Below are positions 1 to 10,867 of a stretch of DNA of 64,000 nucleotides, in pieces. Position 1 is the stretch's first letter; each line of letters starts with the position of its first letter. The DNA lies in NCBI RefSeq assembly GCF_963921235.1, contig NC_086097.1, positions 16,740,001-16,804,000 of the forward strand, in the 5' to 3' direction. The stretch is from Mobula hypostoma. Taxonomy: Eukaryota. Made by a program: the position numbers and the translations under genes. The notes below the pieces were generated by a model. It had not been told where the DNA came from. It worked only from the letters and a program-made list of their open reading frames with translations, and did not search any database.

Positions 1-372
1 CTTCATCTATCCGCGAGTTAGTTTTTACTATTTCTCCTTTAATATCTTCCAGCTGTTTGCTGTTATCTTGTCGGAACTCGCGAATCTCTCCGAGAATCAA
101 AGACAGAGTCACCGATTCCCCCTCATTATCTCCGTCCTGGCTTGCCGTGGGGGAGCTAGGCCCTTCGCCTTGCTGCATCTCTTTATGTTTATCAGCCTTC
201 GAAGCGGACTTTTTATTCTTGTTCTTGGACATCATCCTTGCCCCTTTTATTAATATAGTTATGCAATATTAAGTATTTGCCTAAATTCGATTTTGGGGCA
301 GTTTACCTTCTTTTTTGTCGAGAGACCTTTTCCTTACGCCGCCATTCCCTTGATGACCCGGAAGTCCTCCCC
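1..372 (-). mobile_element. LINE-1-like retrotransposon, 5' UTR and start of ORF1 (continues beyond the window edge)
   Basis: Minus strand begins GGGGAGGACTTCCGG...AATGGCGGCG. ATG at 235 opens a stop-free frame to base 1: MMSKNKNKKSASKADKHKEMQQGEGPSSPTASQDGDNEGESVTLSLILGEIREFRQDNSKQLEDIKGEIVKTNSRIDE. A basic N-terminus followed by a heptad coiled coil is typical of L1 ORF1p. CpG-rich. Confidence 0.7.
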
Positions 373-838
373 ATCTCCTGACTTTCAATAACCTTTTCGC
401 AGAGTTGCTTGGAGTGTTTTTTTTTTGTCTTCATGGTATAATTTTTGCCAGGATACTGACGCATCAGCAGTTGGACCTTCCAGATACAGGTCTATTTTTA
501 CTACACTTAGTTGAAACACCTTGACTGCACACAGGTCTTCAAAAACAGATCGCCATTAGCTGATTATGTGACTTCTAAAATCAGTTGGCTGCACCGGTGA
601 TGATTTGGTGGATCATATTAAGTGGGGGGGGGGTGAATACTTAATGCAATCAATTATTTTGTGTTTTATATTTGTAATTAACCTATATCACTTTGTAGAG
701 ATCTGTTTCCACTTTGACATGGGTCTTTTTCTGTTGATCAGTGTCAAAAAAGCCAAATTAAATCCACTGTAATTCAATGTTGTAAAGCAATAAAACAGGA
801 AAACTTACAAGGAGGGGTGAATACTTTTTATAGGCACT
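373..838 (-). mobile_element. Tc1-like transposon, 5' arm and degraded transposase N-terminus
   Basis: Minus-strand terminus TA|TAGTGCCTATAAAAAGTATTCACCCC at ~838, with an inner repeat GGGGTGAATACTT at ~630-642. ATG at 434 gives MKTK..HSKQLCEKVIE..SGDG, interrupted by the L1. Confidence 0.7.
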
Positions 839-1109
839 ATATGTATTACTGATTTAGTTTGAATGCAAGTTGCAATAAAGACAGCTGAATGATATTCAAA
901 GTGATCTGTGATTCATGGTGAAGAGGAAAACTATTGACTGCAGGAAGGTATAGATTATTTTGATATGTAGATGTGTAAAATTGAACTCATAAAACTAATG
1001 AACACTAGCTCATTATTCCTTTAGCACTATTTATTGTAATTTATAGCAATTTATATCTTTGCACAGCCCTGCAGCAAAGCATGTAAATCAATTGTAATCT
1101 GATTTTAAG

Positions 1110-1610
1110 AAATAGGACATTAGGGGAGTGCAATTAGACAAGAAGTATACTATAAACGGAAGAACAGATCAAACTTATAATGTTTCTCTACTGTCTCTGT
1201 GGCAGGCCAGGTCACAAAGATCATTAAAAATAGGATATATTCCTTCATTGGAAAAGCTACAAGATATAAAAGCTGAGTGATTATGCAAAAACTGTGTGTA
1301 TTTTGGATTACAACGTAACAGGCAAAATGTGATTGCTAGTAAAAAGGTGCAGAGGAAATTTATGAGAATGTTACTAGGACTGGAAGTTTATAACATTGAG
1401 GGAAGACTGTATAACCTGCAATTGTTTACTTTGAACTGTATAACATTATGAAAGGTCTATATTAAGTAGGTAGGAAAGACCTAAATTGAAATGTATGAAA
1501 ATGAGGAGCAAATCTAAAAAGTTTAAAATTATGAAAGGCATAGATAAGGTGGATGTTAAGTCTTTTCCCATGAGTAGGGAGTCCAGTACTTGAGGAATAG
1601 GTTTATGACT
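1110..1610 (+). mobile_element. Old, highly degraded CR1 LINE 3' fragments
   Basis: Decayed matches to the CR1 ORF2 C-terminus (gtgcagaggaaatttatgagaatgttactaggactgg; aaaattatgaaaggcatagataaggtgg). Confidence 0.55.
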
Positions 1611-2224
1611 CTTTTAAAGCTTACCCCAGTCTTGTATCAATCTCTTCAAGTGAGAAAAATCAGAAATATAGATACAAGTTGGCTTTGAGTAAGGCAACAT
1701 ACAGCATTTGGTTCAATATCTTCAGATTGAGGAGAGTAGACAGAGACAATCTACTTTTCATTGTTGAGAACCCCTATCTAAAGCATGTGGACATTGGTAG
1801 GAATTGGAGTCTGGGCTGGATCAATTATTTGTATTTTAACAAAAATTCACGGTGTGGGCTCAATGAAACACTCACTTGCATAATTAAATATGACTGTTTT
1901 GCAGATATAGAAGAATTGGAATGCTCCCTGCTTCTCAATCTCTCACTCTGTACCTCATGTTGCAAATACTCTCAACATTTAGGAATGGGGTTTGCAAGGC
2001 AACATTTTTGTTGCCTTGCAAACCCCAGAAAATGAGATGCCCACATGCATTGTCACTCTTATTTCTCTCACATGGAACAGTTCAGTTTTGCTCACTGCAT
2101 TCTCATGGTGTAAAGTTAATAGTGGGACCCTCGAATTTATGAAGGACTATACATAAACAGCCAATTTTGTTTATGTATAGTTTATAATAAACTCTATTGC
2201 ATTTTTTCTCCCTTATAAATTTTA

Positions 2225-2470
2225 TAGAGGAAACCAAACTGTGCAAATAAATATTAAACTGAGAATGAGAGTCCTTGAAAGTGAGTCTGTAGGTTGTAGT
2301 ATCAGTGCAGAGTAGTGAGGAGTGAAGTTATTCCATTGGTTCAGGAGCTTGATGGTTGTAGGGTAATAACTGTTCCTGAAGCTGGTAGATGTGATCTAAG
2401 GCTCCTGTACCTTCTGCCTGAGAGTAATAGCAAGAAGAGGGCATCGCCTGGGTGGTGGAGTCTTTGATAC
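2225..2470 (-). mobile_element. Rex1/Babar-like LINE 3' fragment
   Basis: Shares 'gggtaataactgttcctgaa...gctcctgtaccttctgcctga...gagaagagggcat' with the copies at 32810-33325 and 43466-44612. Confidence 0.55.
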
Positions 2471-2688
2471 AAATTTTGTTTTAATTAGAACATTCACCAA
2501 CCAGACTAATTTGTACTGTACAAGAGTCTTTGAAACTTTTGACTTAATAAATTTATTTGAATGTAGCAAATATTACTTATTGTTTGGCTTTTTACTACTT
2601 TTAGCCACCCAGCATGTATGCAATCACGGGGAGTATTAATACAATAGTTCCCCAGTGAAAATATTATTCTTCTTATTTCCATGTATAG

Positions 2689-2926
2689 TTGTTCTACAAG
2701 AATGGGCAGCCATTCCCGGCACAACGCCCAGTGGGCTTACGGATTCAGATCTCGCACATGGAACTTGGGATAGATGTCCCTGTCACACAGGAAGTCCTTC
2801 AGGCACAGAATAATAATGTGGTGAAGGTGAGCTTCACCGTGAGGAAAGCAGGAAGGTATGAAGTCATTGTCAAACTTGGAGGACTGAATGTTGCCTACAG
2901 CCCATACTACAAAACATTTCAACCTG
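2689..2926 (+). CDS. AREL1: AREL1 coding exon (1st in window), filamin-like repeat
   Basis: tag|TTG...CCTG|gtaggt. Encodes LFYKNGQPFPAQRPVGLRIQISHMELGIDVPVTQEVLQ...GGLNVAYSPYYKTFQPG, recognisable as AREL1. 238 nt. Confidence 0.95.
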
Positions 2927-3357
2927 GTAGGTGTAAATGTCTGTATGTTTTAACCACGAACCGGACTTTAGCTTTGTCTCTCTGTTAGTTTCACCATACC
3001 AGGCAGCAGTGATAACCTCACTGCAGGACTCCAAAGAAAAAAACAAAATGCCTCTGTTACTGAAAATGATGGAAATATTCAGGAGCTCAGACAGCATTTG
3101 TGGAAAAAGAAATTGTGCTAATATTTCAGGTTGATCCCCATTGTTCCAATTGAAGGTCACTGACCTAACTAAACATTAAATGTATCTCTCTCACTTACAC
3201 GTTTATTGCCCAAGTATTTCAACCGCTTTGTCTTTTTGCGCTACATATACAGTAGGTAGGAAATTATCTAATAATGACATCCACTCATTTTCTCTTCTTT
3301 ATTTGAGAAGGGATGGGTGGAATGAGGAGAGTTTTATCTTTGTTTTAGTCTTCTCTG

Positions 3358-3872
3358 AACCAAGTTTGAGGAAGGACATTCTAGCTATTGAGGGAGTGCA
3401 GTGTAGGTTCACGAGGTTAATTCCCGGGATGGAGGGACTTGTTGAAAGATTGGAGCCACTGGGGTTGTATACACTGGAATTTAGAAGGATGAGAGGGGAT
3501 CTGATTGAAACATATAAGATTGTTAAGGGATTGGACACGCTAGAGGCAAGAAACATGTTCCCGATGCTGGGGGAGTCCAGAACCAGAGGCCACAGTTTAA
3601 GAATAAGGGGTAGACAATTTAGAACGGAGTTAAGGAAAAACTTTTTCACACAGAGGGTTGTGCTTCTGTGGAATGCTCTGCCTCAGAAGGCAGTGGAGGC
3701 CAATTCTCTGGATTCTTTCAAAAAAAGAGTTAGAGCTCTTAAAGATAGCGGAGAGAAGGGATATGGGGAGAAGGCAGGAAAAGGGTACTGATTGTGGATG
3801 ATCAGCCATGATCACAGTGAATGGTGGTGCTGGCTTGAAGAGCTGAATGGCCTACTCCACTTATTGTCTAAG
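3358..3872 (+). mobile_element. CR1 LINE 3' fragment
   Basis: ORF 3180..3791 C-terminal part PSLRKDILAIEGVQCRFTRLIPG...RTRGHSLRIRG...FFTQRVVLLWNALP is the CR1 ORF2 C-terminus; ends in an attgtcta tail. Confidence 0.9.
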
Positions 3873-6722
3873 TTGAATTGCATAATTAGTGGAGGGAGTG
3901 ATCAAATTTCCAAACATTTTTTCACAGAGTATTAGAATGCTATGCCCAGTCTGGTCAGAAGAAAACAACTAGCATTCAAGGGGATCTGTTGCCAGTCTAT
4001 TAATTTTTTTCATTTCTCTCACATTTCTTTCTGATTTTTTTTAGTAATTGATTTGGGAGTTAATATTTATGATGTATTTTTATCTAGCTGGTAATGCTTC
4101 AAGTATTCATTATGACAATGCTCCCACTCTTTTAACTTAATTAACTGCAGAAATAGCTTTAAGGTTAGATTTCATTTAAGAAGTTAGTAACTGATAAACC
4201 GGTTTGAGTACACAAATTTCTGAAATACCTAAAGTTATTAGGATGGGCCTGTTTTCTTCTTTGACAATTCATAGCAAGGCAGAAGAAATGACTTGTTGCA
4301 AAGTTCTAATAAAACTATGATCCTTAAAACAAGATGTTACTTTTCTGAGATCTGCAGTTTCAAATTGAAATGAGCATGTATAATTGTAATGAAGTGGTTA
4401 ATTTGCAAATGTTGCTCATGACTTGACTAAAATTGAATAGAGCTCAAAGGAAGGAAAATAATTGAACAAGATACTGGTTGACTGAAGTTGAAATAGTTAT
4501 AAAGTTGAGAAACATTGAAAAGTTTTGATATGTTTGAAGCTCAGTGCACAGTATGAATCAACAAAGCCAATTAAATAATGAATTATTTAAACAAATTAAT
4601 GGATCATATGCCAGAGGAGCCAACTACCAAATGGCATAATTTTCTTGTCTTTCTCTACTTTGAACACTGTGTCCAATTCTGTTCAGTGGAAAGGCAATGA
4701 TATTCAAGCAAAGCAGACATTTGCCTCTTAGTTAGGCATTTTGTTCTTAATTATGCATGATTAATCACTTGGCAAGGACCAATAAAAAAAAAACAGGTTT
4801 AAACAGAGTGGCCATTGTGGGACCAGGACAGTGTTGGAGTGGGGAGTTGAGGCTTTGGCGAGGAGAGGCTAGGCCATAGATTTTTTCCTCTGGTATTTAT
4901 TCTTTATTTCTTAATGCTCATTTAGAGCTGTGGGGATGCCAGACAAAATACTGGAATGCTCCTCTTGAGGGATGTGGGAAGGTAGGGAGATCTCCAGTGT
5001 TCCTGATGACTACACCTACAAGAAGCGTATCCAGCTGTAGCTTCTAACAAGCTGTTAGGGAGTTGGAGCTGGAACCAGATAAGCTCTGGATCATTTGGGA
5101 GGCTGAGGGCTTGATAGACAGGACGTACAGAGAGGTAGTTATACCCAAGATGCTGGACACAGGTGATTGGGTGACTGTCAGTAGGGGAAAGAGGATAGGC
5201 AGTCAGTGCAGAGTACCCCTGTGACTGCTCTAAAACAGGTATGCCACTTTGGATTTCATTTGGGGGGGTGGGGGGAGGGAGGGATGACCCAGCAGAGAAA
5301 AGTCACAGCTGTCAGATCTCTGGCACTGAGTTTGGCTCTCTGGCTAAGAAGGGAAATTGGGAGAAGAAATGAGATGTAGTGATAGGGGATTCAATGCTTA
5401 GGGGAACAAAAAGAAGGTTTTGTGGACAAGAACAGGATTCCCAGATGGTTTGTTGCCTCCTGGGTGCCAGGGTTAGGGACATCTCGGATTGAGTCCACAG
5501 CATTCTTAAGTGGGAGGATGAGCAGCCAGAAGTTGTGCTCCACATTGGTATCAAAGACATAGGTAGGAGGGGTGATGAGGTCTGGCAAAGTGAGTTCAGG
5601 GAGTTAGGTGCTAAGTTAAACGACAGAACCTCCAGAGGTGTGATCTCAGGATTGCTACCCATGCCATGTGCTAGTGAGGCCAGAACTAGGAAGATCATAC
5701 AGTTTAACACATGGCTAAAGAGTTGGTGCAGGAGAGAGGCTTCAGATTTTCGGATCATTGGGCTCTCTTCCAGGCAAGGAGGAAGCTGTACTGAATGGAT
5801 GGTTTGCAATTTAACTGGAGGGGGAACTAATATCTTAGTGGAAAGGTTTGTTAGTGCTGCATGAGGGGTGGAGGGTGGGAGAAGCGAGTGGGTTTAGAGT
5901 TGCAGTGGGATAGGAACCTGAGCACCGGAGCAGATAGTGGAATGGTTATGGGAAAATATGTTGCTAAGCCTGCATACAAAGTCAAGAACTGAAAGGATGA
6001 GCATGATGGGACTAATATACTGAATACCTATATTTCAAAACAAGGAGTATTGTAGGAAAAGTGGATAACCTTGGGCCATGGATCAGCACGTGCACTTATG
6101 ACACCAGTGAGACTTGGTTGCAGGAGGGGCAGGGCTAGCAGCTCATTGTTCTGGAATTGTGTTGTTTTAGATGTGATAGAGCAGTGCTCAGTCAGAATAG
6201 ATGGGAGAACTCATGTACTGAGGCTATATGGGTAGAACTGAGGAATAAGAGAGGTATGACCACATTAATGGGATTGTATTATTGACCTCCCAGCAGTCTG
6301 TGGGATTTAGAGGAGCAAATTTGCAGAGAGAATGCAGATGGTTGCAAGAAACATCAGATTGTGAAGGAAGGTGAATTTAATTTTCCACGTATTGACTGGG
6401 GCTCCCATACTTTAAAAAGGGCAAGATGGGAAAGAGTTTGTCAAATATGCTCAGGAAAATTTCCTTAATCAGTATATGTGTTTCTCCCATCCCAAATGGA
6501 GAAAGTAAGATACTAGATCTCCTATGTATCAAGTGTGGATTGTGACAGGTTGTTTTCTGTCAAAGATTATTTGGTGAATAGGAGTATAGAGTTTTCGTAT
6601 GTACCTGTCAGAATAAAAGACAAGGATAATAGGTTTAGGAATCCTTGGCTTTCGAGAGATATTGAGGCCCTGGTTAAGAAAAAGAAGGATGTGCATAGCA
6701 GGATTAGGTGTGTATATAGGTG

Positions 6723-6752
6723 GTGTGTGTGTGTGTGCGTGTGTGTGTGTGT
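6723..6752. repeat. (GT)n microsatellite
   Basis: About 15 GT units with one GC interruption, at an internal deletion junction of the CR1. Confidence 0.9.
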
Positions 6753-7095
6753 ATTTGGATAGACAAGGACTGATTAGGGATAGTCAGCGTGGCTTTGTGC
6801 GTAGTAGGTTATGTCTAACCAAACTTACAGTTTTTCGAGGAAGTTACCAGTTTAGGCAAGGCAGTGGATGTTGTAAACATGAACTTTAGCAAAGCCTTTG
6901 ACGAAGGTCCTGAATGGAGGTTGGTAAAGAAGGTTCAATCACTTAGCATTCAAGATGAGGTAGTAAATTGGATTATACATTGGCTTCATGGAAGAGCCAG
7001 AGAGTGGTAGTAGATGGTTGCCTCTCTGACTGTGGGCTTGTGACTAGTGGTGTGCCACAGTGGTTAGTGCTGGGTGTGTTGTTTGTCATCTATAT

Positions 7096-7729
7096 GAGGG
7101 AGGAGAAGATGGTGGTGCGATGCAGCGCGCGCAGCCATTCCGAATGAATATCGATTATGTGTAACTAGGGGGCCGTGCACAATCCTGATTTGATGGAGAC
7201 AGCCATGAGCAGCGCAGAGGAACACCTGGAGAAACTTCTGAAATGCCCGCTTTGCTGCTGCTGCTACTGTGTGATCGAGAATCTCCGGAGACAAAGGCCC
7301 CAAATCCTCGGCTTTGCGTATTGCCTGTTGCCAGGGCCGGGGTCGAAGCACTCGGCAGAGACGGTGCTCGGTGTCGAAGAGGTGGTCAGCAGCTCGGGGT
7401 TTTCGGATGGACTCGGAGTTGGACTGTGGTTGGATGCTTCCAGGATGCTGCATCGGCAAGTTGGCAGCGCTGGAGGTTTACCATCTGCGTGAAATGATGG
7501 GACTTTTGAGAGACTTTGTGACTTTTACTGTGCCATGGTCTGTTCTTATCAAATTATGGTATTGCTTTGCACTGTTGTAACTACATGTTATAATTGTGTG
7601 GTTTTTGTTAGTTTTTAATTCGGTTTGTCTGTGTTTTCATGATATCATTCTGGAAAAACGTATCATTTCTTAATGCATGCAATACTAAATGACAATAAAA
7701 GGGGACTGCGTGTCCTCATAATCATAATA
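7096..7729 (+). mobile_element. ~630-bp non-autonomous retroposon inserted in CR1 RT
   Basis: Interrupts the CR1 sequence ...gtcatctatat|...|atatcggtgatctagatgat. Starts GAGGGAGGAGAAGATGGTGG and ends AAATGACAATAAAAGGGG...(CATAAT)n. No credible ORF. Confidence 0.7.
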
Positions 7730-8166
7730 ATATCGGTGATCTAGATGATAATATGGTAAACAGATCAGCGGATTTGCAGATGACACCAAGATTGGGGGCA
7801 TAGTAGACAGCAAGGAATATTATTAAGGTTTGCAGCAGGATTTGGACCAGCGAGTTAAATAGACTGAAAAATGGCAGATGGACTTTAACGCAGACAAGTG
7901 TGAGGTGTTGCACTTTGGAAGGGCCAACTATGGTAGGTTTTATATGGTTAGCGGTAGGGCACTGAGAAGTGTGATACAACAAAGGGATCTGGGAATACAA
8001 TCCATAGTTCCTTGAAAGTGGTATCACATGAGGATAGAGCCATAAAGAAAGCTTATGGTACATTGGCCTTCATAAATCAAAGTATTGAGTACAGGAGTTG
8101 GGATGTTATGTTGAAATTGAATAAGATGTTGGTGAGGCCTGAAAGAGTAGAGAACATTTACTAGGA

Positions 8167-9264
8167 GAGGTGGTAAATTGGATTAGACATTGGCTCGATG
8201 GAAGAAGCCAGAGAGTGGTGGTAGAGAATTGCTTCTCTGAGTGGAGGCCTGTGACTAGTGGTGTGCCACAGGGATCAGTGCTGGGTCCATTGTTATTTGT
8301 CATCTATATCAATGATCTGGATGATAATGTGGTAAATTGGATCAGCAAGTTTGCTGATGATGCAAAGATTGGAGGTGTAGTAGACAGTGAGGAAGGTTTT
8401 CAGAGCCTGCAGAGGGACTTGGACCAGCTGGAAAAATGGGCTGAAAAATGGCAGATGGAGTTTAATACTGACAAGTGTGAGGTATTGCACATTGGAAGGA
8501 CAAACCAACGTAGAACATATAAGGTTAATGGTAAGGCACTGAGGAGTGCAGTGGAACAGAGGGGTCTGGGAATACAGATACAAAAATCCCTAAATGTGTC
8601 GTCACAGGTAGATAGGGTCGTAAAGAGAGCTTTTGGTACATTGGCCTTTATTAATCAAAGTATTGCGTATAAGAGCTGGAATGTTATGATGAGGTTGTAT
8701 AAGGCATTGGTGAGGCCGAATCTGGAGTATTGTGTTCAGTTTTGGTCACCAAATTACAGGAAGGATATAAATAAGGTTGAAAGAGTGCAGAGAAGGTTTA
8801 CAAGGATGTTGCCGGGACTTGAGAAACTCAGTTACAGAGAAAGGTTGAATAGGTTAGGACTTTATTCCCTGGAGCTTAGAAGAATGAGGGGAGATTTGAT
8901 AGAGGTATATAAAATTATGATGGGTATAGATAGAGTGAATGCAAGCAGACTTTTTCCACTGAGGCAAGGGGAGAAAAAAACCAGAGGACATGGGTTAAGG
9001 GTGAGGGGGGAAAAGTTTAAAGGGAACATTAGTGGGGGCTTCTTCACACAGAGAGTGGTGGGAGTATAGAATGAGCTGCCAGACGAGGTGGTAAATGCGG
9101 GTTCTTTTTTAACATTTAAGAATAAATTGGACAGATACATGGATGGGAGGTGTATGGAGGGATATGGTCCGTGTGCAGGTCAGTGGGACTAGGCAGAAAA
9201 TGGTTTGGCACAGCCAAGAAGGGCCAAAGGGCCTGTCTCTGTGCTGTAGTTCTATGGTTTCTAT
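8167..9264 (+). mobile_element. Young 5'-truncated CR1 LINE (RT) nested in the older CR1
   Basis: ORF 8170..9069 has GVPQGSVLGP and FADD RT motifs and ends at a premature TAG. ctatggtttctatg 3' tail. Host CR1 is continuous on both sides. Confidence 0.92.
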
Positions 9265-10006
9265 GGACTTTGTTGGGACTTGAGGACCCAAGTTAAAGGG
9301 AAAGGTTGAATAGGTTAGCATTTTATCCCCTTTAACATTTTAAGAGAATTTGTATAGGTACATGGATTGGAGGACTGTGGTCTGATTGGGCTAGACAGAT
9401 GAATGGTTATAAATGGCCAGATGGGCCAAAGGCCTTTTTATGTGCTGTAGTGTTCTCTCTCGGTTGTGAGGAAGGCTAATAAAACTTGTGCTTTTTATCC
9501 TAGAAGGGAGGTTTCAAAATTAATTTTTGTAGAGTTTAATATGTTTTTAAAGAAATGAAAAAGGTTAACTGGAATATTATTTAATCTAACACGCAAGTCA
9601 AATACATAGACCAAAATTGCAAATGTCATGTTCTAATGAAATAGATCTCTGATAAGATGTGCAGCAATCTCAGAATTATTTAAGAAAAGTTTTGATGTAA
9701 AATTAGGAACTTGAGGCCCTACCTGGATGGATTAATTAAGAAATCTGGAATACTCATCCTTATGAATTAGCTGTAGACTGAAATTCTAGGAATTGTAGAG
9801 AGGGAATGTGGAATAACTATTCCAGTACCATAGAGAAGTATTTTAGTTAACGCAGTATAATTGCAACAATATAGCATGCTCTTTATCGTGTACCTGGCCT
9901 GATCTGTATTTGAACTCAGTTTGTTGCTGGGAAATTTTAATTCACTTGATAGTCAAAATAGCCTCCTACCTTTGCATCTGAAATCTTCTTTATCCTTCAT
10001 TTATAG

Positions 10007-10176
10007 GAATAGTGTTTCCAGCAAAAACAAAAATCCTTTACCACTTCTCCACTCTGGTTCTAACAAATGGGCAAGAATACACATTGCAGATTGCCCCTCG
10101 TGATGAGTATGATAATCCAACAAGCAATGCATTGGCCATTGATGACCAAGATAATTATAAAGTGCAAATAAAAGAG
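10007..10176 (+). CDS. AREL1: AREL1 coding exon 2 in window
   Basis: tag|GA ATA GTG...AAA GAG|gtgagt. (G)IVFPAKTKILYHFSTLVLTNGQEYTLQIAPRDEYDNPTSNALAIDDQDNYKVQIKE. 170 nt, phase-compatible; missed by the ORF track. Confidence 0.95.
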
Positions 10177-10867
10177 GTGAGTGATTAAAATATAAGGAAT
10201 GGCGCGAATATGCCATTATTTTGATTGTAAAGATAACAAATCCAGCAAATTCAATTCACAAGTCACCTCAAACTAACTAATTAAATAATGCAAGTTGCTG
10301 GAACATTACTTGCTGTCATGAACAGAAGGCTTGGAAAATTTCATAAATTGAGTCCAGATTCCAGATCCAATTAGTGTCACTGACACAGGTAGCACACCAA
10401 ACAATATCTTTCAGTGATTTCTGATTTAAGAATGCTGATTGAGAAAGAATACTTGTATTCATAAAAATCGAAAGCACAGAGCAGCTCATTTATTTCAGGA
10501 TAATCATGAAAGCCAAAATGAGCATCAGGTTAATTCCACTTCCCATTCGTAAGTGCTTTCAGTGATCACCTTTGTACCTTTTTAAGTATGGGCTCCTTCC
10601 ACCACCACCCTTTTCAGGTTTCAGAGTCTCAACACTCATTACGTGAAAATATATTTTCTTAACTCCCAATCATGTTAAATCTATACACCCTCATTATTGT
10701 TTTACCTGTATAGGAATTATTAATCCAACCTAACAATTATGCTATCAATGGCAAATAGCAAGTTGGACCTCCAGGTTGTTAGGATATAACTGATTGTTAA
10801 ACATTGGATATATTTGAGACCGGCCAGCCCTTGGAAAGAATCAAACAAGGTTGATTGTTTGCCTGTT

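Larger units (their letters stand above)
4790..9460 (+). mobile_element. Near full-length degraded CR1 LINE (ORF1 Zn-finger/SGNH esterase plus ORF2 EN/RT remnants) carrying two nested insertions
   Basis: GDS motif (ggggattcaatg, ~5384) and HIGIKDIGRR...VISGLLPMP (ORF 5535..5864) match the CR1 ORF1 esterase. Endonuclease and RT remnants at ~6030-8165; host 3' end resumes at ~9265. Confidence 0.85.

Noticed and set aside
3180..3791. 203-aa ORF next to an AREL1 exon, as an extra exon or gene
   Set aside because: It is a chance fusion of intronic sequence with a CR1 ORF2 C-terminus; AREL1 splices correctly without it.
7064..7580. Four overlapping ORFs including a Cys-rich 'KCPLCCCCYC' peptide that suggests a RING or metal-binding protein
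   Set aside because: The Cys run comes from a (TGC)n microrepeat inside a GC-rich inserted repeat; there is no RING spacing and no splice context.
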